DNA from: Rebecca billardiae RCC1528
Taxonomy: Eukaryota; Protista; Haptophyta
Direction: 5' to 3'
NCBI GenBank assembly: GCA_965240325.2
Contig: OZ251250.1
Coordinates: forward strand, 372,001-436,000
Length of the DNA stretch: 64,000 bases
The translations under genes were made by a program, and so were the position numbers. Under the pieces are notes generated by a model, which worked only from the letters and a program-made list of their open reading frames with translations, was not told where the DNA came from and did not search any database. Positions 12,136-23,013 of the stretch are shown in pieces; the first letter of the stretch is position 1, and every line of letters begins with the position of its first letter.

Positions 12136-13230
12136 ATGGACGACGACGATGATGACTTCGCATCGGGCCCCGCCTTGCAGCGGGGTGCCTCTCGCGAAAG
12201 AGGTGACGTCGGCGTCAAGCGCAAGGCGCCGGGGAGTGACGGCCTGCACCAGAATGAGGCGACCGTCCGTCGCATCTGCGAGCTCGCCCGCGCGCACCAC
12301 AGCCACGCCGAGATCTCAATCTCGCTGCACGAGGAGGGGCACCTCAACTCGAAGGGCAACCGCTGGGCGCGCACCACCGACGGCAAGGTGATCGCGCGCG
12401 TTTGCGCGCGGCACGGGATCGAGCTCTGCGTGGCGTCGGTGCCGGAGGCCGTGATCCCCGCGGCTCTGCGCGAGACCAACCGGCCGGCACAGCCGAGGTG
12501 CGCGATCAATGTGAGCGATGGCGGCGGCGCCGCCGAGCAGCCGCCGTGCGGGGACGAGCTCGACGCGTTCGAGAACGGCGCCGCGCGCGGCACCGCACTC
12601 AGCAGACAGCGCTTGCTTGGCCTCGCCGCGGCGCGCCCGCCGTCCGCCTCCGATCCGCTTCGCGGCGCAGCGGGCGCACCACCTGCCTGCGCGCGCGCGC
12701 CTGCGCCCGCGCCGGCCGCGCCGCCGCGGCCGGCAGTAAGCGGCAGCGCAGCCATCGTGCAGCCGCCGCAGTGCCCCCTCTGCTCCGAGCCGTTCGCGTC
12801 GCACGGCCGGCATCAGCTGTGCAGCCTACCCTGCGGCCACCTCTACGGCCGGCGCTGCATCACCGCGCACCTCTTCCGCAGCAAGACGTGCGTGCTGTGC
12901 GAGGCACCGGCCAAGCGCGCGGCGCTGCGGCCGCTGTACGCGACCGCGCGCGCGGGCGCGCCGGGCGAGGGCGACGTGCCCGGGAGCGAAGCCGCTCGCG
13001 CGCTCGCTCAGGAGCTGTCCGGCTGCGAGGCCGCGTGCGCGCAGCTGGAGCTGGAACTCACGCGGCTCAGCCGCGAGCAGGCGGCCGTGCAGCAGCAGGT
13101 GAACGCCGCGCGCGCTGCAAACCTGCTGGGCACCGGGTCCGTGTCCGTCACGGCCGGCGACGCGCGCGCCGTGGGCCGTCCAGCCGCGCACGGCCGGGGC
13201 GCGACACCAGCGGGCAGGTGGGGCTGCTGA
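12136..13230 (+). CDS. RFWD3-type RING finger plus coiled-coil protein with N-terminal recombinase-like HTH
   Basis: CPLC...HQLCSLPCGHLYGRRCI...CVLC...LRPLYA resembles the RFWD3 RING (CGH-L-[FY]-G signature) followed by a coiled coil. No WD40 repeats in the ORF. Confidence 0.75.
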   Translation: MDDDDDDFASGPALQRGASRERGDVGVKRKAPGSDGLHQNEATVRRICELARAHHSHAEISISLHEEGHLNSKGNRWARTTDGKVIARVCARHGIELCVASVPEAVIPAALRETNRPAQPRCAINVSDGGGAAEQPPCGDELDAFENGAARGTALSRQRLLGLAAARPPSASDPLRGAAGAPPACARAPAPAPAAPPRPAVSGSAAIVQPPQCPLCSEPFASHGRHQLCSLPCGHLYGRRCITAHLFRSKTCVLCEAPAKRAALRPLYATARAGAPGEGDVPGSEAARALAQELSGCEAACAQLELELTRLSREQAAVQQQVNAARAANLLGTGSVSVTAGDARAVGRPAAHGRGATPAGRWGC

Positions 13231-13485
13231 CGAATTGGGATCGGGTGCTGCATCGCTTTTGCGCGGGGCGAAGTGCCATCGAGCGCGGAACGCAACTATC
13301 ATCGGACGATGATATATATGTACATCGGCATCGCGCGTCGTCACTTTCATTCAGATCGACATTCATACCGCGACATTCATACCGCGTCATCCTGTACTAA
13401 AAAAGCTAGTACTGTGTTCCACCCGCGGCGGCGCGCAACCGCAACAGCGGCAACCGCGACGTCCAGCTACACTACTCACTGAAGA

Positions 13486-14226
13486 ATGACGGCCAGGTGT
13501 CGCCACGCCCGCTCCTTGCGACGTCCGCCGCTGGCCGCCCTCCTGGTGGGCGCGGCGCTCGCCCTGGTGGTCACAGCCAGCCCGCTCCCAGCGCGCGTAC
13601 CGCAGAGGCGCCTCCAGGAGGATGACGACGGCGACTACGACGACGAGGGCGGCGGCATCGCGGGCGACGAGTGGGAGGGGCAGGAGCTGGGCGACGACGA
13701 GTTCTTCGACGACGACTACGAGGAGGAGGAGGAGGACGGGGCGGACACGCTGGCGCGCGATCTCGGCGACGAGGACGAGGACGACGAGCTTGACGAGCTC
13801 GACACCGTGGGCGGCGAGGCCGCCGACGACGGCAGCGGCAGCAACAAGAAGCCCAAGGCCGACTTCCACAAGGCGGTCAGCCAGCTGCGCGGCTCGCCCA
13901 AGCAGGCGTTCGCGCTCTCGCGCAAGTGCGTCTTCACGATGTGTGACGAGACGCTCGCCGCGTGCCGTGACGACTCGCTCTGCTCGGAGCAGCTCACCTC
14001 GTGCATTGGCGAGTGTGTCTCCGGCCGCATGATGGACTGCCTCACCGACTGCATGTCGGGCGAGGCCAAGTTTGCCGGCGTGACCGACTGCTTTGAGAGC
14101 CAGTGCAAGCCGCTCATTGACAAGGCCATCGCGAATGGCAAGCAGGGCAAGGGACGAGACGCCGGGGAAGACGCAGCCGAGCGGGGAGACGGCGCGCAGG
14201 TCAGCGGTGACGACGACGAGGGCTGA
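13486..14226 (+). CDS. Secreted acidic protein with C-terminal 10-Cys domain
   Basis: Hydrophobic signal-like segment LAALLVGAALALVVTA, then RRLQ, a D/E-rich tract and a regularly spaced Cys cluster; coding-type codon bias. Confidence 0.8.
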   Translation: MTARCRHARSLRRPPLAALLVGAALALVVTASPLPARVPQRRLQEDDDGDYDDEGGGIAGDEWEGQELGDDEFFDDDYEEEEEDGADTLARDLGDEDEDDELDELDTVGGEAADDGSGSNKKPKADFHKAVSQLRGSPKQAFALSRKCVFTMCDETLAACRDDSLCSEQLTSCIGECVSGRMMDCLTDCMSGEAKFAGVTDCFESQCKPLIDKAIANGKQGKGRDAGEDAAERGDGAQVSGDDDEG

Positions 14227-14821
14227 GTGACGGCCGCCGAGCCCGATGGCGAGGTGCCGAAATGTGCCTCCCCCGCCCCCCAGTGAGTACCGTTTATTGT
14301 TTGCTTGCGCAGCGTGGCAGTCACGGCGCTGCCATGCGACATGCCGCGCGCCATCATCGATCAGCAGCGCGCGCGGCGATGTGATGACGGCCGGCTATAT
14401 ATACGACCGTGTCCGTGTACGCCGGTCCCGGGTAGTCGGGGAGTTCGAAGACGAAGTAGCCAGCCAAGGGGCCCCGCGTCAGGGCCGTCAGGCGGCGCCG
14501 GCGTTGCCGCTGACATTCGCGGCGTTGCCAGCAGCAAGCCAGCAGCATAGAACTCATACGCACGCGCGCAGATCGAAGTGACCGCCGAGTGGCGCGACGA
14601 GTGTCATCATCAGTGAGTACGTAGTCAGCTAGTAGCAGTGATAGCTACAAGTGTACATGATGCATAGCAGTCGGCCTGATATGATGCTGCTGCTGACAGC
14701 ATTGATGCCGACGCCTGCGACGCACGCGAGTCACGTGGCGCGTAGTCAGTGCACAGTGGCGGCAGTGGCACGCACGCCCACCGTGCGGCTCACGTCCGCG
14801 CCGACTTGATGGCGGCGCCAG

Positions 14822-16018
14822 CTACCGCGCGCGCGAGTGGGCGGCGGCGCGGCCCGGCGCCGATGCTCGCGCCGTCGAGCGGTTCCCGCCCCGCGTGGCG
14901 GGCAGCGCGCAGCGCGCGCGCATCTCGAGCAGCCGCAGCGCGCGCTCGTACACGGCCGCGTCGTCCGCCATCGCCTGCCGGATGCGCGCGAGCAGCGCCG
15001 CCGGCAGCTGCGCGCGCCACTCGGGCGTGTGCTCGTGCCGCCGCCTGTCGGGCACGGCGCGCTCGGGCGCGAGCAGCGTGGGCATCAGCGCGCGAAGCGT
15101 CGCGAGCGAGCGCTCCATGCGCTCGACCACGCCCACCAGCGCGTACTCTGTCTCGAGCGCGCGCAGCGCGAGCGCGAGCGCGCGCCGGCCGGCCGGCGCG
15201 TCCGCGCGATCGGGCCGGCAGCGTGCCGCGTGGCCGCAGAACCAGCTGACGAGCTGGCCGGGGCAGATGCGCGCGTGGCTCTCGTCGATGAACGCGCTCA
15301 GGTTCGCGCCCAGCCCGCCCGCGCGCAGCGCCGCGTACCACCGCGCGCGCGAGAACTCCCTCGCCCACGCGGGCGCGTTGGGGTGCGCCTGGTGCCGGTA
15401 CCAGAAGGCGATGTAGGAGATGCACCACGCGCCCGGCTCGCGCACAAAGCCGAGGGTGAACGGAGGGGGCCGCGCGCCCCAGCGGCCGGCGGGCAGCGCG
15501 GGGACGTGCCCCTCGTACAGCCATGGCCGGCGCCACCGGCGCGTCTCCGCCACGAAGCGCTCCTGCGCGTGCGCCGCCATCGTGCGGAAGGAGTGCGCGC
15601 CGCCGTGCAGCGAGTGCGCCTCGGGCCCGCCCTCGCTCGCGCCGCGCAGGAGCGCCTTGACCGAGCCACCCGCCGTGCGCGGGAGGCGCGGCCAGGCGAC
15701 GCGCGTGGGGTCGAAGTGGGGCGGCGGCGGGCACGCGCCGGGCGATGGCGCGGGCGGCGGCGGCGGCAGCGGCGGCGGCGACGGCGGCGGCGACGGCGGC
15801 GGCGGAGGGCTGCGAGCCACGGCCCGCGCGCCCTCGTCCGCCGCACCGGGCGACGCGGCAGTCGCACTACGGGCGGCCTGCGCCGCGCGGGCAGTGTACC
15901 GGCCCGATGGCAGCGCATGCTCGCTATCTGCCATGCGGGACGCCGACAGGAAGAGCGCCACGGCCCCCATCGCCGCAATCAGCAGCACGACGATCGGCCG
16001 CCGTCGCGCGGCTGGCAT
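14822..16018 (-). CDS. Type II membrane sulfotransferase-like protein (Sulfotransfer_2 / HS2ST-like)
   Basis: N-terminal TM segment, Pro-rich stem, 5'-PSB-like LPRTAGGS, 3'-PB-like FVREPGAWCISY, and YALVGVVERMERSL. Confidence 0.7.
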   Translation of the reverse strand: MPAARRRPIVVLLIAAMGAVALFLSASRMADSEHALPSGRYTARAAQAARSATAASPGAADEGARAVARSPPPPPSPPPSPPPLPPPPPAPSPGACPPPPHFDPTRVAWPRLPRTAGGSVKALLRGASEGGPEAHSLHGGAHSFRTMAAHAQERFVAETRRWRRPWLYEGHVPALPAGRWGARPPPFTLGFVREPGAWCISYIAFWYRHQAHPNAPAWAREFSRARWYAALRAGGLGANLSAFIDESHARICPGQLVSWFCGHAARCRPDRADAPAGRRALALALRALETEYALVGVVERMERSLATLRALMPTLLAPERAVPDRRRHEHTPEWRAQLPAALLARIRQAMADDAAVYERALRLLEMRARCALPATRGGNRSTARASAPGRAAAHSRAR

Positions 16019-16551
16019 CCGCCATTGTTTTCGAGGAGCTCGCGCGCGAGATCTCAAGATCGCGTTTCTACTTGTTTCTAACCAATTTCCACCGGCCGAA
16101 CCCAATTTCCAACTGCCTTGATTCGTCACCGTCCGCCATCGTAGTCATTATTGACGACTCAGTCACCGTCAGCAGTGAACTGGCATGATGCGACAATGTT
16201 GCTGGCCGCGCCTGGCCCTACACGACGTCGTACCTGACATCGCGCAGGTGTCGCGAGCACTGTGACGTACTCGTCACACAACGTCCGCCGGACGAGATAT
16301 CCGACCGGACAATAATAAGAAGGGAAAGAGGCGAGGCCACGCGTCGCGTCAGGCGGCGCGGACCGAGCTGCGTCGACGCACGCCGGGGCCGGGCCCGGGG
16401 CCAGAGCCCAGACCGCCCCGGTCTGCCCCCGGACGCGGCGGCGACCCTCGGCGCAACGCCGCGTCGGCTGTTGGCGTAGTGGCGTCTCGCACGCCGCTGA
16501 GCACCGGCCGCCGCGCGCTTGGGCGCGTGTCTCCCTGCCCGCCTCACGCCC

Positions 16552-18101
16552 TCACGTGTAGCGCTGCCTCCACTCGTCGTCCACCCACGGGCCCTGCTCC
16601 GTCTGGAAGTCGCACGAGGCGTCCTGCCCGCCGTACGCGACCGGCAGGTTCTCGGCGTGCACGTGGCGCAGCAGCTCGTCCTGGTAGCCGTGCGTCGAGT
16701 AGATGCGGATCTTCTGCTGCGTCTTCACGTCGAGCAGCGGCTTGACAAACGACCAGACCGCACTGCGCGGCAGACACGGCAGACACGGCAGGCGGCGGCA
16801 CGGCAGCGGCACAGGGCGGAGGGGGGCGCGTGCGCGCGCGCGTGGGCGCCGGGTGCTCGGCGGCGGCGCTCGCGCGGCGGCGGCGCGCGCGGCGGCGGCG
16901 CGCGCGCGCGCACCGGAACGCGACGGGCGCGTTGACGATGAACATCTGCCCGAGCTGCTCCGGGTAGTTGTCCGACGCGAGCTTGGAGACCTTGGTGAGG
17001 TAGTCACGCGCGCGCTGGTCAAACATGGAGAGCTTGAAGCCGTCCAGGTCGAGGATCGTGAGGATCTTGTCGACGGGGTGGCCGACGGTGCGGCCGGCGG
17101 CGGGCAGGCGGCGCGTGGCGGTGAGCTCGGCGTCGTACACGAACGACTCGAGCAGCCGCTCGAACGTCGTCACCTTCTCCAGCTCCTTGAAGTTGATGCG
17201 GCCGACCCTCTCGATGTACACGACGCGCCCAAACTTGTCCACGCGGTGGTGCGTGTACGGGTACCAGCGCTTGACCGCCTTGCGCTCGGTGAAGCGCCAG
17301 CGGCCCAGCACGCCGTCCACGTCGTTCTCGACGCGCCACGCGAGGCACGCGCTGCGGGGGGGTTAGGGGGGGGGGGGGGGCGCGGCGTGCGCGGCGTCAG
17401 CCGCGGCGTGCGCGGCGCGCGCGCGGGCAGTGGCCGGCGCTCCGTGTCGCGCGCGTGCGCGCGCCGAGCCGGCGCGGCGCGCACCGCAGCATGAGCAGCG
17501 TCTTCTCGTAGTTGAAGCCGCGCGCGCGCATGAAGCGCATCAGCGCGTGGTTGTTGTCCAGCCACGGCTGGTAGATCCCCTCGTCGAGCAGCTGCTGCCG
17601 CAGCCGGTGGCGCAGCTTGATGTGCTCGGCCGTCTCGGCGTGGCACACGTCCACGCGCTCGTCGACGGGGTGCGGCAGCACGTTGGGGTCGAGGCCCTCG
17701 CGCTCGCCGCGGGAGATGCGGAGCGATGGCCGCTTCTCGCGCCGCTCGCGGTGCGCGCCCGGCCGCGGGCTCGCGATGCTCAGCGTGATGTCGCGCAGGC
17801 TGTGCATCGCGCGCACAAAGCCGTTCTCGTGCGGCGGCGCGCCCGCCGACGCGCGCGCGGCCTTGTCCGCGGGCAGCGGGGACGCGTCGGGCACGCCCGA
17901 TACGCTCGACATCGACGCGGAGCCAGACGAGCCCGGCGGCGGCGAGGCGGACGCCTCGCGCGTCGCGGGCGTCGGCTTGCCCGCCGGCAGCGCGTGCGAC
18001 TCGCCAGCGCCGCCCGCGGACCGGGCGGCGGCGGCCGAGCGCTGCGACTCGGGGTTGACGTCGACGAAGCTGTGCCGGTGCTGCCGCCCGCAGCACAGCA
18101 T
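16552..18101 (-). CDS. SEC14 / CRAL-TRIO lipid-transfer protein; 3 exons (18101-17485, 17351-16914, 16762-16552)
   Basis: LMRFMRARGF, DKFGRVVYIERVG, LTILDLDG, DNYPEQLGQMFIVNAP, WSFVKPLLDVKTQQKI, NLPVAYGG; GT-AG introns restore frame. Confidence 0.93.
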
Positions 18102-18635
18102 CGCGCACGCCCCTGTCGCCCCGCCTGCGAGCACGCGCCCACAAGTCGCGGGTGCGCGTTGTGGCCGGCCACCCAAGCCACGCCCTGCTTATCACACAAG
18201 CGAGCTATGGCGCAGGGGCTCTGGGGCTGCACTCCCGAGTCCCGACCGCTGATGTTCTCAAAGGCGCGGCGGCTGCCGCTGCCACTACTGGGTGCTCAAA
18301 GCGGATTTTACCCGGAAATGCGCATCTTGGGCCGGAACACTGAGAGCGAACTGGGCGAACCTCCTCGATCCCCACGCCGCTGATGATGATTCAGCGGGTG
18401 ACGATGGTATGATACAATCATACGGTCATTTGACGGCAGCTTGAACGAGCTGATAGAGATTCGTCTGCCGGGTCCTGATCTTGATTGACTCTCGACTGTG
18501 TGGGTGAGTAGCACCAATCTTGCGTCTGGACGGCGTCGTCCGGCTTTGGCGGCGACACAAAGCCGTCCGGCTGCAGCGAATCTGGAACCAAGACCGCCAG
18601 ACCGCGTGGACGGGCGGCACGAGCAGCCAACCACG

Positions 18636-20178
18636 ATGGCCGAGCGCGCGGACGCGGGCGCGGGCGAGGCGGGCGAGGGGGGCGAGGGGGGCGAGGCGCC
18701 GCCGCCGACGTTCGAGGCGCTGGGCCTGCACCCGCAGCTGTGCGAGGCGTGCAAGACGATGGGCTACGCGCGCCCCACGCCCATCCAGGCGCAGGCGATC
18801 CCGTACGCGCTGCACGGGCGCGACGTGATCGGCCTCGCCGAGACGGGCTCGGGCAAGACCGCGGCGTTCTCGCTGCCGATCCTGCACCGGCTGCTAGAGC
18901 GGCCGCAGCCTCTCTTCGCGCTCGTCATCGCGCCGACGCGCGAGCTCGCCTTCCAGATCTCCGAGCAGTTCGAGGCGCTCGGCAGCTCGATCGGCGCGCG
19001 CTGCGCGACGGTCGTCGGCGGCATCGACATGATGTCGCAGGCGCTGGCGCTGTCGCGCAAGCCGCACGCGATCGTCGGCTCGCCCGGGCGGATCGTGGAC
19101 CACCTGAGCAACACCAAGGGCTTCTCCCTGCGCTCGCTCAAGGCCCTCGTCCTCGACGAGGCGGACAAGCTGCTGGCGATGGACTTTGAGAAGGAGATCG
19201 ACAAGATCCTCGCCGCCATCCCGACCGAGCGCTCCACCTACCTCTTCTCCGCGACGATGACGTCGCAGGTGGCGAAGCTGCAGCGCGCGTCGCTGGTGAA
19301 CCCGGTGAAGCTCGAGGTCTCCTCCAAGTACCAGACCGTCTCCACCCTCTCCGCGTACTACCTGTTTGTGCCCGCGCGGCACAAGGACGCCTACTTTGTG
19401 CACGCGCTCTCACAGCTGGGCGGCGGCTCGGTGATCGTCTTCACGCACACGTGCGCGACGACGCAGCGGCTGGCGCTGCTGCTGCGCGCGCTGGGCTTCG
19501 CCGCGGTGCCGCTCAACGGGCAGCTCTCGCAGCCGCAGCGCCTCGCCGCGCTCAGCAAGTTCAAGACCGGCGAGCGCCCCGTGCTCGTCGCGACCGACGT
19601 GGCCTCGCGCGGGCTGGACATCCAGGGCGTGGACGCGGTGATCAACTTTGACGTGCCGGTGAACTCGAAGGACTACATACACCGCGTGGGGCGCACGGCG
19701 CGCGCGGGGCGGGCGGGGCGCGCCATCACGCTGGTCACGCAGTACGACATCGAGCTGTACCAGCGCATCGAGTTCATGCTCGGTGCGCGAGCGCGCGAGC
19801 GCGCGACGACCGCCGGCCGCGCGCCGCGCCGCGGCGCGCTCGGCGCGCGCGGCGCCGCCCGCGTGCTCTCACCCGCGCGCGCGCGAGCGCCGCCTGCTCG
19901 CGCCACCGCGCGCCGCAGGCAAGAAGCTGGCGCAGTTCGACGCGCCGAAGGACGAGGTGATGCTGCTCGCGGAGCGCGTCGCCGAGGCGCAGCACGCCGC
20001 CGCGCTCGAGATGCGCGAGAGAGACCGCAAGCGCAGGGCACGCGGCGGCGGCGGCGGCGGCAGCGGCACGGCGGACGCGGACGGCGACGACAGTGGCATC
20101 GACCCGGCGCTGCAGCGGCTCGCGCGCAAGATGTCAGGCGGCGGGGGCAAGGGCAAGAAGCGCAAGGTCGGGCGATGA
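18636..20178 (+). CDS. DDX47: DEAD-box RNA helicase DDX47/Rrp3; 2 exons (18636-19782, 19919-20178)
   Basis: Q motif [74 protein letters not shown]. Confidence 0.93.
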
Positions 20179-20613
20179 CGCGCCGGCGGTGCGGAGCCGG
20201 CTGCTTCGAGCACTCGCCCGTGAGAGGCCCGGCTTGGGTAGTTGCCAGGTCCCACTCCGTACTCTTCGTCTCTTCCTTGCTCACAACGCAGCGCTCGCAT
20301 CATTGACGACAACTACATAGTCGTATAGCACTAGCAGTACCTCCAGGATACATACACTGTATACTGATTACTGTACGCAATGTACGACTTCAAAGAATAC
20401 AGTAGTACGTACAGTCACAAAGTAGTGTAGTGACGAGCCTAACGTAAACGTATAGTTGTGTGCACGTTAAATCATAGTACAGTTTACTGCTATGTTTTAA
20501 CGTGCACACTTGGTAAACTGGACTCGCGGGTCGCGGAACCGAGCGGGAGGGTCTCCCTGTGAGGCATCTCAATACCAAGAGCGTCCCCGACACTTCGAGG
20601 CAACGTCGGGGCG

Positions 20614-21534
20614 ATGGCGGCGCTGGCGCGGATAGTTCTGGTCAGCTTCGGCGCCCAGCAGCGCTTCATGCCGCTCGACATCTTGCAGCCGCTGTACTAC
20701 CGCCTGGAGAAGGCGGGCGCGGCGGCGATGATCCCGAAGGCGCACACCGTGCCCGGCCGCCGACGCCTCGCCGACGTGCCGCCGCCCTCTGGGGGCAAGT
20801 CCTTTGACCACAGCGCGTGGGACCGCGTGCTCAAGCGGCACGTGCACGCGGGCGGCGCGATCAACGGGGTGACCGGCATCAACACGGTGGACTACGCGGG
20901 CGTGTCGAAGGACAACGACTACGACGCCTACCTCAAGCACCTCGCCGACGCCGACGTCGACGCGCTCCCCCCGGCCGAGCAGCTCGCCCTCTGGATGAAC
21001 GCGTACAACGCGCTGTGCATCTCGCTCGTCGTGCAGCACGAGCGCGCGGGGCCGGAGAAGCCGCTGGAGAGCGTGACGCACCTGAAGAAGGACGGCACGG
21101 GCGTGTTCGACCAGCCCGCGGGTGTCGTGGGGGGCAAGACGTATACGCTCAACCAGATCGAGCACGAGCAGCTGCGCAAGTCGTGGGCGGAGCCGGCGGT
21201 GCACGGCTGCATCGTGTGCGCGTCCGCGTCGTGCCCCAACCTGCGCGCAGAGGCGTTCGTCGCGGGCCGTTTGCGCGAGCAGATGGCCGAGCAGATGCAG
21301 ACGTGGCTGAAGAACCCGACGAAGGGGCTGCTGCTCGAGAGCAAGTCGCGCGTGCAGCTCTCGCGCATCTTCCTGTGGTTTGCGGACGACTTTGGCGGCG
21401 AGTTTGGCGGCGTGGGCGAGTACCTGCGCACGTGCGGCGTGGACGAGGCGGCGGACAAGGCGCTCGCGTCCAAGCTCACGGCGACGCGGTACTTCAAGTA
21501 CGACTGGACGCTGAACCGCACGCCGGCGTCCTAG
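20614..21534 (+). CDS. DUF547 domain protein
   Basis: WDRVLKRHV, VDYAG, EQLALWMNAYNA, TLNQIEH, VHGCIVCASASCPNL, LSRIFLWFADDF, YDWTLN. Start could be a downstream Met. Confidence 0.88.
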   Translation: MAALARIVLVSFGAQQRFMPLDILQPLYYRLEKAGAAAMIPKAHTVPGRRRLADVPPPSGGKSFDHSAWDRVLKRHVHAGGAINGVTGINTVDYAGVSKDNDYDAYLKHLADADVDALPPAEQLALWMNAYNALCISLVVQHERAGPEKPLESVTHLKKDGTGVFDQPAGVVGGKTYTLNQIEHEQLRKSWAEPAVHGCIVCASASCPNLRAEAFVAGRLREQMAEQMQTWLKNPTKGLLLESKSRVQLSRIFLWFADDFGGEFGGVGEYLRTCGVDEAADKALASKLTATRYFKYDWTLNRTPAS

Positions 21535-22763
21535 CCGGCGCTACGACTTCGTTCGCCATCGCCGATCATCAATCAAATATATCGGCCGCCATAATACGGT
21601 CATTGATGATGAGCGACCCGCGGCGCGGACCGCCGTCAGGGCCGGACGCCTCGCGGCGGGTCCGGGACCGCGGCCCGCGCGGGTCACGCCTCACGGGTGC
21701 CCGGTGGGCCGGCGCCGCGGCGCGGCGCCGCCGGCGGTACTAGAGGCTGCCGCGTGGCACCGCGCGCGCGGGGCCCCGCGGTCCGGCCCGAGCTGCGGAG
21801 TGAGCAGCAGGCTACGACGGACTGTAAGACGCCAGACCGCGGGCCATATTATATCGAACTGACACTGGCACTGCGGCGTCGACGCGTCGTTGCCAGTAGA
21901 GTAGTCCGAAGTCACGGTCGCCGGGCCGAGTGCCCGCCGGGAGTGGCCGCTAGGCGCTATATATCACTTATAATATATGATGTCTTATGTCGTCGCGTCT
22001 TATATCCGAGCGAGAGTGGGGCACAGAGTGGCGGCGCCGGTGCCAGTGAGACTGAGAGTACTCCGCGCCGTGTAGTACTAGTAGGCGTAGGGCCGCCTCA
22101 GCCCGCTCAGTACTAGTAGGGCGCCCGTGAGGCCCAGTGGCACGGTGGCGGCCCGCGCGGAGCAGTGCTGCCATCATCATCCGAATCAGTTACTAATCTG
22201 TATCACTATCAGTGCCGGAGTCACACTAGTCCCGGAGTGAGACTACTCTGACGGACTGTAGTGCGCCATCACTCAATCAGCCCACCATCGGACTGGCTGA
22301 CCGCGGGCGCGCTCGGTGAGAGCGGAGTGCGAGGGCCGGGCGAGACGGAGTAGACGCGGGGCCTGCGAGGCGACAGGCGCGCTCGGGGAGAGCAGAGTGC
22401 GAGGGCGAGAGGCAGCGGCCGGCCGGCCCCCGCCACCGCCTCGCGCACCGCGGCGTACTGCGGCGGCACGCGCACGCACGCGGTCCCCGGTCCGAGCCCA
22501 AGGGCTCCTGACGAGTTCCACGCGTCGCGGTCGCGCCGGCGCGTCACCGGCGCGAGTCAGTCAAGGGCCTTGCCCCATCATAGTGCAATTTCGTCTGCGT
22601 GCTGTATATTCGTCACGAATACCCTACTATGGGGGTACGGAGCTAGTGATCATCTTTATTTATTGCCTAATTGTCTGCAGTGCGCCCTCTAGCTAGTGGC
22701 TTCCGCGGGAACCCGCCGTGACGGCGTGCCCGCCGTGCCGCCCGGTCACTCGATGAACGATGA

Positions 22764-22992
<229 letters not shown>

Positions 22993-23013
22993 AGCTTATT
23001 AAGAGTAGTCATC

